64,000 nucleotides of DNA from Anaerolineales bacterium (GTDB taxonomy: Bacteria > Chloroflexota > Anaerolineae > Anaerolineales > Villigracilaceae). The notes beneath the pieces are model-generated. The model did not search any database and was not told the DNA's origin. It worked only from the letters and a program-made list of their open reading frames with translations. The translations under genes were made by a program, and so were the position numbers. This document shows, in pieces, positions 45,513-54,506 of this stretch (position 1 is its first letter; each line of letters begins with the position of its first letter). Location of the stretch: NCBI GenBank assembly GCA_014860745.1, contig JACZJC010000035.1:10354-74353 (forward strand). The letters run 5' to 3'.

Positions 45513-46077
45513 AGGGAGTAGGTAATGGTGAATAGTGAATAGGGGGTGATGGGTTAGGAGTCTTCGGATGGAGTTTGAGACATGAGGTCTTCAGTGAGAT
45601 ATTCGGTGGGTATTTCTCGGATGGCGTAATTGGCTCCGGGTTCTTTTTCGCCTCGCTTTGAACGTTTCAGATAGGCAATGTATCCGTTTATGATTCGAAT
45701 CAATTCTTCAATCTGATTTTTCAGTCGGCTGAAAAGTTCATCAGGAATATACTGCAAGTTATAAGCTAGAACAAGGTGAGTGTATGTTTCTGTGAGCGAA
45801 CCACGAGCAATGTAACAAAAACGGACATTATCTTGATAATAAAACCTTCCATGTCCTTCAGCGATATTCGCAGAGACACTTTGGGCAGTGCGTCGGATCT
45901 GTTGATTGAGGTGCCATTTCTCTTCGGCAGGCAAGGAGGGTAAAACTTCCCTGTAAACGACAAGAACAAAAGCCCGTGATTTTTTCCAAGCTTCCAACGT
46001 TTCCAATCCTTGAATATTGTCGCTGCTCACGACACCTCCACTATTTCCCATTCACTATACCCTATTCACCATTCCCC
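45513..46077. mobile_element. Heptamer-repeat inverted arms bracketing the four-helix bundle gene
   Basis: aatggtgaatag (45524-35) and ctattcaccatt (46062-73) are exact reverse complements within degenerate heptamer runs. Confidence 0.55.
45554..46030 (-). CDS. Four-helix bundle protein (23S rRNA intervening-sequence protein family)
   Basis: L.AWKKS..F...Y, P.EE...L..QIRR.A.SV.ANIAEG, IARGSL.E; GGAGG then GTG at 46030. Confidence 0.9.
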   Translation of the reverse strand: MSSDNIQGLETLEAWKKSRAFVLVVYREVLPSLPAEEKWHLNQQIRRTAQSVSANIAEGHGRFYYQDNVRFCYIARGSLTETYTHLVLAYNLQYIPDELFSRLKNQIEELIRIINGYIAYLKRSKRGEKEPGANYAIREIPTEYLTEDLMSQTPSEDS

Positions 46078-47006
46078 GAATTATACCGAATCGGCTCCAC
46101 TTCCCTCTTCTCATCTTCCTTCCTCTTTCTTTCCCTCGCGTAATAAAACGTCTCCCGCAATTGCGGCGTGACGAGGCTCGTTTCGCGGTGTCCCATTCGC
46201 GTTCCATGAAATTGCATGAAGCGGAACCAGAAAATCGAAACGAAGTTTTTCAATAAAACCTGCTCGCGGGCGGCGTGCCAGAGGTCGCTCAGGATATTGG
46301 TGATGGTCAGGCGCAGGAAATCGTATAGATTGAAATGCGCTTCGGGGTAGATCTTCCGCAACGCCATCGCTTCACGCCGATAGCGGTTATATACGCCGCG
46401 CGGTGTTTCGTTGTGGACGTGAACGATCTCAGCCTCGGCCACATAGGCAATGGCATGTCCCTGCTCTTTGGCCCACTTCGCCCAGGCAAGGTCTTCCAGC
46501 CCGGTCAATGTTTCGTCGTAATTATTTTTCTCCCACAAACTTTTGCGGATGGCGGCGTTGGCATTATTGCAAAATGCCGTCTCCTGGTTTGTCTTGCCCG
46601 CATCGGGATACCACTGGTGAAAGACCTGCTGTTCGGAAAATTTTGCGAACTCGGGTCCGCGCTGCTTGCCATAGGCGAGGGCAACGTTGTCATCTTGAAA
46701 TGGACGGAGCAGCGTCTCCAGCCAATCGGGATAGACGGGATAGACATGCGCGCTGGCGATGACGATAAACTCTCGCCTCGCTTCCTTAATCCCGAAGTTG
46801 AGCGAACGACCGAAAGTGAATTCTTCGGGACGGATGTGGACGATCCGCGCGTCATACGATTCGGCGACGGCGGCAGTTGCGTCGGTGGAACCCGAGTCGA
46901 CGAGGATGATCTCCACATCCTGGATCGTCTGCTGTCTGATTCCTTCGAGCAGGCGTCCGATGTGTTGAGCTTCGTTATAGGCGCGGATGACAATGGAGCA
47001 GTTCAT
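46062..47006 (-). CDS. Glycosyltransferase family 2 (rhamnosyltransferase-like)
   Basis: SIVIRAYNE, VDSGSTD, F.FGRSLN.G, SAH, LED..WA. Confidence 0.88.
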   Translation of the reverse strand: MNCSIVIRAYNEAQHIGRLLEGIRQQTIQDVEIILVDSGSTDATAAVAESYDARIVHIRPEEFTFGRSLNFGIKEARREFIVIASAHVYPVYPDWLETLLRPFQDDNVALAYGKQRGPEFAKFSEQQVFHQWYPDAGKTNQETAFCNNANAAIRKSLWEKNNYDETLTGLEDLAWAKWAKEQGHAIAYVAEAEIVHVHNETPRGVYNRYRREAMALRKIYPEAHFNLYDFLRLTITNILSDLWHAAREQVLLKNFVSIFWFRFMQFHGTRMGHRETSLVTPQLRETFYYARERKRKEDEKREVEPIRYNSGNGE

Positions 47007-47007
47007 A

Positions 47008-47051
47008 ATTGGTAATTGGGGATTGGTAATTACCATTTACCAATTACCAAT
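47008..47051. repeat. Inverted heptamer repeat (attggta/taccaat)
   Basis: attggtaattggggattggtaat-taccatttaccaattaccaat; contains the stop codon of the upstream sulfotransferase. Confidence 0.7.
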
Positions 47052-47892
47052 CTCCGTCCTTCTCATACCCCAACCTCACCAGCAAATCACCCGCAACTTC
47101 CTTGAATATCTTTTTATGTTCCTCGGTAAAGTACTTCTTCCATTCGCCGGTTTTGCCGGAGCGGAAGGTCGGGGATTTTGTCGGGTTGATGGAGGATTCG
47201 AGGGAATTTAGAATCAGTTGTCGGGTAGCGGGAAGCGGGGTGCGGGCGAGGAGGTGGTCCATGATCCTCGTTAGAGTCGCGGCGCGGTCGTGGATCAAAT
47301 CTTCGAAGTGGATTGTCAAAATCTCAGGACGGTCGAGCCAGCCGAGATAGGGTTCGAAGCGGGCGGCGACATCAGGAAATTCGATGTCGGCTTCCGGCCT
47401 TCCCAAAATGCTGACGGTAAGGCGGGCGTTGAAATCGGGCAGGGATTTGTAATAACCATGATGCACGTGGCGCGCCTCCATGTCGGTGACGTAGAACACA
47501 TGTGAGACGACGACATCGCGCGGGTCGCGGAAGATGAAGTACGGCACGAATTCAGGCTTGCATACGCGGACGACGGCTTCCGGCCGCGCAAAAAGATGCG
47601 CGGAGGCAACGTCACGCGGACGAAGCGAAACAAGCCAGGCCAAGGCCTGCTCGGGACTGCGTTTGGCTCCGCTTTCACCTTCGTATTCGGCATAGAAGGA
47701 ATGCAGGCGTTTTGCAAACGGAGCGATGTTTGAAAAACCGAGCAGAATTTGGTCAAGCAGATGCGTGCCGCTTTTGGGGAAGGAGATGCCGAGCAGGATT
47801 GGCAGCTCGGCAGGCTGGGAAATGAACCGCAGGCGCTGGATCAGTTTTTCGGTTTGATAGAGAACCGTACGGAGGAGGGAACGGATTTTCAT
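47044..47892 (-). CDS. Sulfotransferase domain protein
   Basis: SFPKSGTHLL, FRDPRDVVVS, FEDL, FRSGKTGEW. Confidence 0.88.
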   Translation of the reverse strand: MKIRSLLRTVLYQTEKLIQRLRFISQPAELPILLGISFPKSGTHLLDQILLGFSNIAPFAKRLHSFYAEYEGESGAKRSPEQALAWLVSLRPRDVASAHLFARPEAVVRVCKPEFVPYFIFRDPRDVVVSHVFYVTDMEARHVHHGYYKSLPDFNARLTVSILGRPEADIEFPDVAARFEPYLGWLDRPEILTIHFEDLIHDRAATLTRIMDHLLARTPLPATRQLILNSLESSINPTKSPTFRSGKTGEWKKYFTEEHKKIFKEVAGDLLVRLGYEKDGDW

Positions 47893-48030
47893 GGAAGGAT
47901 TTTTACTCGCACAAGTATTGCACAATTATAAAGCAGACCGTTACACATTCACAAAAGGTGAAAATTCGTCATTGAATTTCAAGAGGATAAGATTTATACT
48001 TTCTATCAAGAAAATCATACGAATGCAGGT

Positions 48031-50181
48031 ATGGAAAGGACCTCCGTGCAAAAAGCCGCACCTCTTCCAAAAGGGGTAAACTCTTCGCACTTCAACAAGA
48101 GTTTTGTCAGTAACATACTCAATGCGCTTCCTGCGAATATTGCCGTTCTCAATGCCGACGGCATCATTATCTCGGTCAATGAATCGTGGAAGTCTTTCGC
48201 CAGGAACAATAATAGTCCAAACAGTATCGACTATATCGGATGGAATTATTTAGGGGTTTGTGAAAAGGCGCTTCAGGATGAAGGGGATGAATTTGCGAAG
48301 ACCGCCTATCAGGGCTGTCTCGATCTATTAGATGGGAAATCGGAGTCTTTTACGCTTGAATATCCCTGCCATTCGCCGGATGAAAAACGATGGTTTTCCG
48401 CACAGGGAACCCGCTTTACCGAAAAAGGCGCTGTGTACATTGTCATTGTGCATGAAAATATCACAGCGCGAAAACTTGTCGAGCTGGACCGCCAATACAG
48501 CAATGAGATCTATCAATTGATCTTCAACAACAGCATGGACGCAATCCTGTTGACTGCGCCGGAGGGCAGGATCCTGGCGGCGAACCCGGCCACCTGCCTC
48601 ATGTTCGGCATGACAGAGGATGAAATCCGTGCCGCGGGCCGAAACGGCTTGATGGACATCACCGATCCACGACTGGCTGAAGGGTTGCAGGAAAGAGATC
48701 AGACAGGAAAATTCCACGGGGAACTCACCGGGCTGCACAAGGATGGAACGAAATTCCCCATCGAATTGACCTCCTCTTTGTTCACAGACCATGATGGAAA
48801 ACTGTTGACAAGCATCATCATCCGCGACCTGACCACGCGGAAACAGGCAGAGATCGAATTAGCGGAGAGTTACGAGCGCTTTCACCGCCTGGCCGGCAGC
48901 CATCCCGACACGGTCTACACGTTGAATTTGGAAGAAAGGCGGGTGACCTATTTCAACCGCGATTCCTTTCTCGGCTATGACCGCGGCGAGTTATCAAGAC
49001 CCAACTCGATACAAGATCAGATCCACATAGAAGATGCCGCGGCTGTCACCAAATATTCGAATGATTTTTTTCTCGGGAAAGCGAATGGCAGCCTGGAATA
49101 CCGCGTAAAAAACAAGAACGGACAATGGGAGTGGGTGGACAGTCGAAAAATCGTTCTTTCGAGCAACCCCGATGGCACACCAAAGGAAATCATGGTTGTC
49201 CTGCGGGTGATCACAGACCGCAAGCAGGCCGTGGAACAGCTGGAATATCATTCCCAGATCCTTGCGAACCTGAACGATATTGTGATCGGTACAGATGAGA
49301 ATTTCAGAATCAAGTATTGGAACCCCGCCGCAGAAAGGGTATTTGGCTGGAAGTATGCCGAAGTCATCGGAAAATCCGTTACCAAAGTTTTACGGACCGA
49401 GTTTGTCAAAGAAGATTATGAGGACTCCGTGAAGGCCGTTATGGACACCGGCATATGGCAGGGTGAAGTCATCCAATACACAAAGGATAATAGACCAATA
49501 TCCATCTCCGCGAACATCCATGCCCAAAAAGACGCCGCGGGGAGGATATTTGGGTTTATCTCCGCAAACCGCGATATTACCCGGGAAAAACTGACACAGC
49601 AGAAGCTTGCGGACACCTACAAATTGCTGGAACAGAAGAATCGCGAACTGGAAGAGGCCATTGAACGAGAACAGGTTTTAGCCCGCACCGATGGGTTAAC
49701 CGGGGTAGGTAATACCCGCCAATTCTTCGAAATTGCCGCCTACGAATTCGCAATGGCCGAACGCTACCTGCTTCCGCTCGCTGTTATGTTATTCGACATC
49801 GACAAATTCAAGGGAGTCAACGACAAAATGGGGCATCAGATCGGCGATCAGGTGCTCAAAAACATAGCAGCCATCGCCAAACACCGCCTGCGCGAAACCG
49901 ACATCCTTGCCCGCTATGGCGGCGAGGAGTTCATCGTCCTGCTGCCAAACACAACCTCGAAGGACGCGCACGTGGTCGCAGAAGATATCCGTTCTTATAT
50001 CGCCGGATACGAAATGAAAAGCGACAAAGGGACCGTGCAGGTCACCATCAGTGTCGGCATCGCAGAATTTCTGGCGGGAAAAGACAGCCTCGAAGGGCTT
50101 ATCCACCGGGCGGATATGGCCTTATATAAAGCCAAGGAACTGGGAAGGAACCGGACCGTCACCTTGTCGGCTTCGAAATAA
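48031..50181 (+). CDS. Multi-PAS diguanylate cyclase
   Basis: Four PAS/PAC-like repeats; C-terminal DIDKFK.VND..GH..GD and ARYGGEEF. Confidence 0.92.
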   Translation: MERTSVQKAAPLPKGVNSSHFNKSFVSNILNALPANIAVLNADGIIISVNESWKSFARNNNSPNSIDYIGWNYLGVCEKALQDEGDEFAKTAYQGCLDLLDGKSESFTLEYPCHSPDEKRWFSAQGTRFTEKGAVYIVIVHENITARKLVELDRQYSNEIYQLIFNNSMDAILLTAPEGRILAANPATCLMFGMTEDEIRAAGRNGLMDITDPRLAEGLQERDQTGKFHGELTGLHKDGTKFPIELTSSLFTDHDGKLLTSIIIRDLTTRKQAEIELAESYERFHRLAGSHPDTVYTLNLEERRVTYFNRDSFLGYDRGELSRPNSIQDQIHIEDAAAVTKYSNDFFLGKANGSLEYRVKNKNGQWEWVDSRKIVLSSNPDGTPKEIMVVLRVITDRKQAVEQLEYHSQILANLNDIVIGTDENFRIKYWNPAAERVFGWKYAEVIGKSVTKVLRTEFVKEDYEDSVKAVMDTGIWQGEVIQYTKDNRPISISANIHAQKDAAGRIFGFISANRDITREKLTQQKLADTYKLLEQKNRELEEAIEREQVLARTDGLTGVGNTRQFFEIAAYEFAMAERYLLPLAVMLFDIDKFKGVNDKMGHQIGDQVLKNIAAIAKHRLRETDILARYGGEEFIVLLPNTTSKDAHVVAEDIRSYIAGYEMKSDKGTVQVTISVGIAEFLAGKDSLEGLIHRADMALYKAKELGRNRTVTLSASK

Positions 50182-50228
50182 CACTCCACTAACAACCAGA
50201 CTGTTATCCTCAATAGTACAATTGCGCC

Positions 50229-50816
50229 ATGACCATCTTCAACACCCCCATCCTCAGCTGGATATTTCATCACCTCGCAAAATACCTCATGCGATTCGCA
50301 GGCTGGCGCGTCGATGGAACCCTGCCCGACCTCCCAAAATATATTTTGATCGGCGCGCCTCACACTTCGAACTGGGATTTCGTTCTCTTTCTCGGGGTAA
50401 TCTTTACGCTGAGGGCAAACGTCAAGTTCATGGGCAAGGCGGAGTTGTTCCGCAGCCCGTTTGGCTGGTTCTTTTACTGGTGCGGCGGCGTACCCGTGGA
50501 CCGCAAAAAACCGCAAGGACTTGTGGAGCAAATGGTGGAATCCTGCAACAAATCGGAGCGGTTCGTTCTGACCATCGCCCCGGAGGGTACGCGTCACCAC
50601 GTCAACGAATGGAAGATGGGTTTTTATCACATTGCCAATACCGCCGGTATTCCGCTGGTGATGGCTATCGTGGACGGCACACAAAGGGCGGTACGTGTAG
50701 GGCAGGTCTTTCAGCCCACCGGGAATATGAATGCGGATATCAAAGAGGTCAAGGCTTTCTTTTCAGGAGTGAAAGGGGTCAATCCAAGAAGGAAATATAT
50801 TAAGCTGGAGGATTAA
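50229..50816 (+). CDS. Lysophospholipid acyltransferase (PlsC family)
   Basis: APHTSNWD (HxxxxD), PEGTR. Confidence 0.88.
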   Translation: MTIFNTPILSWIFHHLAKYLMRFAGWRVDGTLPDLPKYILIGAPHTSNWDFVLFLGVIFTLRANVKFMGKAELFRSPFGWFFYWCGGVPVDRKKPQGLVEQMVESCNKSERFVLTIAPEGTRHHVNEWKMGFYHIANTAGIPLVMAIVDGTQRAVRVGQVFQPTGNMNADIKEVKAFFSGVKGVNPRRKYIKLED

Positions 50817-50853
50817 GATTTTCGAGCGGACACGTTGTTGATTTCGAGGAAGA

Positions 50854-52503
50854 TTATTCCTTCAACAAAAAATCTCCACCCTCCAACACCCCGCTCAAAA
50901 TTACTTTTAAAGATTCCGACCTCGCCAACTCCTCCAGCTCGAACGGCTTCAATCTCGCCTGTGTCGTACGGACGGACGGCTCAAGAAACTCCCCAAACGG
51001 CAAAGACGTTCTGAACAACTGATAATATAAAAATCTGCGCGCATTGCGTTTGAACTCAAGCGGGACATCAAGCGAATCAGCCGCTAAAAATTCTTTCATC
51101 TTTCTTCTTACATCTTTAATCGTCTGCGGAAAGAACACCGTGGGATATTGCGTGAAGCGCGCCTTGCCCGCGCATAGCACCGCCGCGCCCATGATCGAAG
51201 CTTCCAAACCAATCGTCGAGTTATAGACCATCACGAACTTCGATTTCTGTATCAGCTCATACGAACTCAACGATTCGCGCGGACTCACAAACACAACATT
51301 CGCCTCTTTATCCACACCGCGGCTTGCCACCCAACCCTCCACAGTCTCACGGCTGGATTTTCTCACCCGCAATTCATCCGGATGCGCGCGGATGACAAAC
51401 AGCGTTTCAGGGTGTGAGCGGATTTCCTCCAGCACCAGATCCAGCCAATCGAACATATCTTCAAAAACCGTATTTGCATGAGGCTGGCTGGTATCGAAGA
51501 TGACGTTGGTAAAGATGGGCACGATCTGTTTGAAACCCGCGGCCTTTTTCAAAAACGACTCGTCGAGTCCCTTCATGTCCGCCCAAAATCTGATGCCCGC
51601 CATCGTGAAGTCCCCTTGAAAACGCTTTGCAAGATAGGCATCCAGTTTGGCGTTTTGTTCGGTGTTCATTTCAAACTCATCAGGGATGCGGATCGGGTAG
51701 GCCGTTGCCTCGCCATCTGTGAAATAGGCGCTGGCTGGCTGCAATCCCACTTCATGCGTGATGACTCGCAGTCCGCGTTTTTGGGCGACCCAGCGCGCCG
51801 TCGCTTCGGGGAAGAATTGTCCGTTGAAGACCACCACCGCGCGCGGATTCGTCTCATCCAGAAATTTCGAAAACTTCTGCGCCACATTCCACGCGGATAG
51901 GATATATTCCCGCAAAAGATAACGGGTGTTTTCGTCATCATTCAAATGGTGGATGCGCAGGACCCATCGCAAGCCGGGCAGGCATAATGCACCGAGGGGG
52001 ATTGTCTGCCATTCAAAAGTCATCAGGTCTTGCAAAGAAAGTTGCGAGAGGCAAGATGCGAGTTGCAGGTCAGATTGAAAATCAAACCAATTTATATGAG
52101 ACGTAGTAGCGACTTCAGTCGCCTCTTTGTGATAACGACTGAAGTCGTTACTACGCAATCCCGTGTAAAGCGTCTTCGATTGATAGACACACGATTTGCA
52201 TGGCATCTCCTTATGCGGATCACCCCGATTCGTCCCAAGCACACAATGACTCATGCCAGAGTTACACGCGAAATACACCACAGGGATTCCCTGCAAACGG
52301 AACGCCCACGAAGCCAGCAGGTGAAACCCGCTATTCCATGAAAGATCGTCGATCCCCGTGGAAGCTTTGAAGAAGACCACTGGCGCACCGTTAGACTGCG
52401 GCTCTTTGCGGGAAACTTCCCTCGCGATAGATGCAATCTTGAGATTATTGAACCTGCGGACGAGTCCGCGCTTGATGCGTTGGGTGAAGAATTCCTTTAT
52501 CAT
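50854..52503 (-). CDS. Capsule polysaccharide synthesis/modification protein (KpsS-like), candidate CMP-sugar transferase
   Basis: IRAHPDE, YNSTIGLEA motifs; located beside the NeuA/NeuB genes. Confidence 0.65.
   Translation of the reverse strand: MIKEFFTQRIKRGLVRRFNNLKIASIAREVSRKEPQSNGAPVVFFKASTGIDDLSWNSGFHLLASWAFRLQGIPVVYFACNSGMSHCVLGTNRGDPHKEMPCKSCVYQSKTLYTGLRSNDFSRYHKEATEVATTSHINWFDFQSDLQLASCLSQLSLQDLMTFEWQTIPLGALCLPGLRWVLRIHHLNDDENTRYLLREYILSAWNVAQKFSKFLDETNPRAVVVFNGQFFPEATARWVAQKRGLRVITHEVGLQPASAYFTDGEATAYPIRIPDEFEMNTEQNAKLDAYLAKRFQGDFTMAGIRFWADMKGLDESFLKKAAGFKQIVPIFTNVIFDTSQPHANTVFEDMFDWLDLVLEEIRSHPETLFVIRAHPDELRVRKSSRETVEGWVASRGVDKEANVVFVSPRESLSSYELIQKSKFVMVYNSTIGLEASIMGAAVLCAGKARFTQYPTVFFPQTIKDVRRKMKEFLAADSLDVPLEFKRNARRFLYYQLFRTSLPFGEFLEPSVRTTQARLKPFELEELARSESLKVILSGVLEGGDFLLKE
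52102..52155. repeat. 54-bp GTAG-type REP inserted in frame in the KpsS-like gene
   Basis: cgtagtagcgacttcagtcg - 14 nt - cgactgaagtcgttactacg (20-bp stem, one G-T pair); 18 codons RSNDFSRYHKEATEVATT. Confidence 0.8.
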
Positions 52504-52512
52504 ATGGATCAC

Positions 52513-52632
52513 ATGTCATTGCGAGCGATCTTCGCGAAGCAATCTCCAGTTTGACGAACAAACATCATCGAAGGATTTTTTAGCGTTTCTTGGATATTGC
52601 TTCGTCGCAACAAACGCTCCCCGCAAAGGCAT
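52513..52632. repeat. GTCATTGCGAG family palindrome, copy 3 (degenerate)
   Basis: atgtcattgcgag..gaagcaatc..atattgcttcg..ccgcaaaggcat. Confidence 0.7.
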
Positions 52633-53486
52633 TACCAATTATTATTGTTTTCATAACCAAGTTTAATTAATAAATCGCCAGCCACATCCTTGAACAACTT
52701 CTTATGGTCATCGGTGAAATGTTCCTTCCACCCGCCTGTTTTCCCCGAGCGGAAGGTTCGACTTTTCCTCGGCTGAATGGCCTCTGCCAAAACAGATAAT
52801 GCCTTTTCGCGGGGAGTTGGGATTTTGTAGCCGGTCTTTTCCACTTTATCGAGCATGGCAAGCAGGGTTGCATCGCGGTTGTTGATGAGGTCCTCGAAGC
52901 GCAGGCACATCACGTCCTTTTGTTCCAGCCATTGGAAGACGCCTTCGTATCTTTGCTTCACGCTGACCATCTTCAAACCGTCTTTGTCTATGCCAGTGAT
53001 GGCAACATTCAAGCGCGCGCCAAAATCAGGCAGGGAGTTGTAATAGGCGTGCATGCCGTGCTCTTCGTGCATATCGGTCGCGAAGAATACCTGCGAGGCG
53101 AGCATATCTCTCGGGTCACGGTAAATAAAATAGTTGACGCGCCCAGCCGAGGTTAAGAAAGAGGCGTTCTCCTTTGTCGCATCCACATAGCCCCAGCCAA
53201 TGACTCCGTTTGGCACGCGCTTCAAGTCATCGAGTATTTCTTCTTTCGTCTTTCTTCTTCCATTTTTTTCAATCGTCCGAATCGGGTCGCCATCGACATA
53301 ACGATAGGGCATGATTCCGGTGAAGCCGTTGAGAATTTGCAGTAAAAGATGCGAGCCGCTCTTGGGCTTGGAATTGCCGAAGATGGGCGGCGCTTCATCG
53401 AAGGAAAACCGCTTCCAGCGTAAAATGGCTTGGGCGGTTTTGCCTGCGGGGCGCAACGTGCGGCGGAGTTTTTGGGTAATATCCAT
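52632..53486 (-). CDS. Sulfotransferase domain protein (paralog of 47044-47892)
   Basis: SKPKSGSHLL, YRDPRD, RFEDL, FRSGKTGGW. Confidence 0.88.
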   Translation of the reverse strand: MDITQKLRRTLRPAGKTAQAILRWKRFSFDEAPPIFGNSKPKSGSHLLLQILNGFTGIMPYRYVDGDPIRTIEKNGRRKTKEEILDDLKRVPNGVIGWGYVDATKENASFLTSAGRVNYFIYRDPRDMLASQVFFATDMHEEHGMHAYYNSLPDFGARLNVAITGIDKDGLKMVSVKQRYEGVFQWLEQKDVMCLRFEDLINNRDATLLAMLDKVEKTGYKIPTPREKALSVLAEAIQPRKSRTFRSGKTGGWKEHFTDDHKKLFKDVAGDLLIKLGYENNNNW

Positions 53487-53496
53487 ATCATTTATC

Positions 53497-53556
53497 GTAG
53501 GGGCACAGCGAGTTTATCAAATATTGACGTCATTGATCGTCCCGCTGTGCCCTTAC
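53497..53556. repeat. GTAG-type REP element
   Basis: gtaggggcacagcg...cgctgtgcccttac. Confidence 0.7.
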
Positions 53557-53558
53557 AT

Positions 53559-54440
53559 TTATTCGTTCACCACGCGGCGGAGTTTTTTCATCGAACCTTT
53601 TTCGGATTCGTATACTTTTTTCACGCCATCGCCAAGCGCAGCTTCGGTGACGCGGATGTATTTCACGAGTCTTTCAAATCCACCAGGCTCCACAGAGGCC
53701 GCCTGGTCGCTGCCCCACATGGCGCGGTCGAGTGTGATGTGACGTTCGATGGATGTGGCGCCAAGCGCAATGGCAACCGCAGACGGTACGAGCCCAACCT
53801 CGTGACCCGAATAACCGATCGGATTGTCTGGAAATTCTTTGCGAAGTGTTTCGATCATTTTGAGGTTCAACTCTTCAGGCTCACACGGATAGGTGCTGGT
53901 GCAATGCATGATGACAAGGTTCTTCCCGCCGACGGCATTCACGCCCTTGTGAATTTGCTGCATGGTGGACATGCCTGTAGATATGATGACCGGCTTGCCT
54001 GTTTTGCGAACGTACTTCAACAGGTTATGGTCCGTCAGCGATGCCGAAGGGACTTTGTATGCGGGCGTATCGAATTTCTCCATGAAATCCACGGAAGGCT
54101 CATCCCAAACGGAAACCATCCAATCGATTTTTCTCTCCTTACAATATCGGTCGATCTCGCGGTATTGTTGCTCGTTGAATTCAACCTTATGGCGATAATC
54201 CAAATAGGTAATATAACCCCAGGGCGTTTCGCGCATTTGTTTTTGCTGTTCGAGCGGAGTGGAAACTTCAGGCGTGCGCTTTTGGAATTTCACTGCATCC
54301 GCGCCTGCGTGCACTGCCGCATCGATGATTTTCTTCGCAGTCTCAAGATCGCCGTTATGGTTGATGCCGATCTCCGCGATCACATAGGCGGGATGGCCGT
54401 CGCCCATCATTCGCTTTCCAAATTTTATCTCTCGAGCCAT
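53559..54440 (-). CDS. neuB: N-acetylneuraminate/nonulosonate synthase, short form without C-terminal SAF domain
   Basis: IAEIGINHNG, AVKFQKR, K.PS, ISTGMS, MHCTSTYP, GYSGHE, IERHITLD. Confidence 0.88.
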   Translation of the reverse strand: MAREIKFGKRMMGDGHPAYVIAEIGINHNGDLETAKKIIDAAVHAGADAVKFQKRTPEVSTPLEQQKQMRETPWGYITYLDYRHKVEFNEQQYREIDRYCKERKIDWMVSVWDEPSVDFMEKFDTPAYKVPSASLTDHNLLKYVRKTGKPVIISTGMSTMQQIHKGVNAVGGKNLVIMHCTSTYPCEPEELNLKMIETLRKEFPDNPIGYSGHEVGLVPSAVAIALGATSIERHITLDRAMWGSDQAASVEPGGFERLVKYIRVTEAALGDGVKKVYESEKGSMKKLRRVVNE

Positions 54441-54461
54441 TTATTTTTCTCCTGTGGATTG

Positions 54462-54490
54462 CGTAAGGGACGTTCTCCAACGTCCCTGCG
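54462..54490. repeat. Short REP-like hairpin
   Basis: cgta-agggacgtt-ctcc-aacgtccct-gcg. Confidence 0.55.
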
Positions 54491-54506
54491 CGTTTGAGAA
54501 CGCACA

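Noticed and set aside
45554-46051. 23S rRNA gene around the intervening-sequence-family protein
   Set aside because: Flanks are protein-coding genes; no rRNA sequence is recognisable anywhere in the window.
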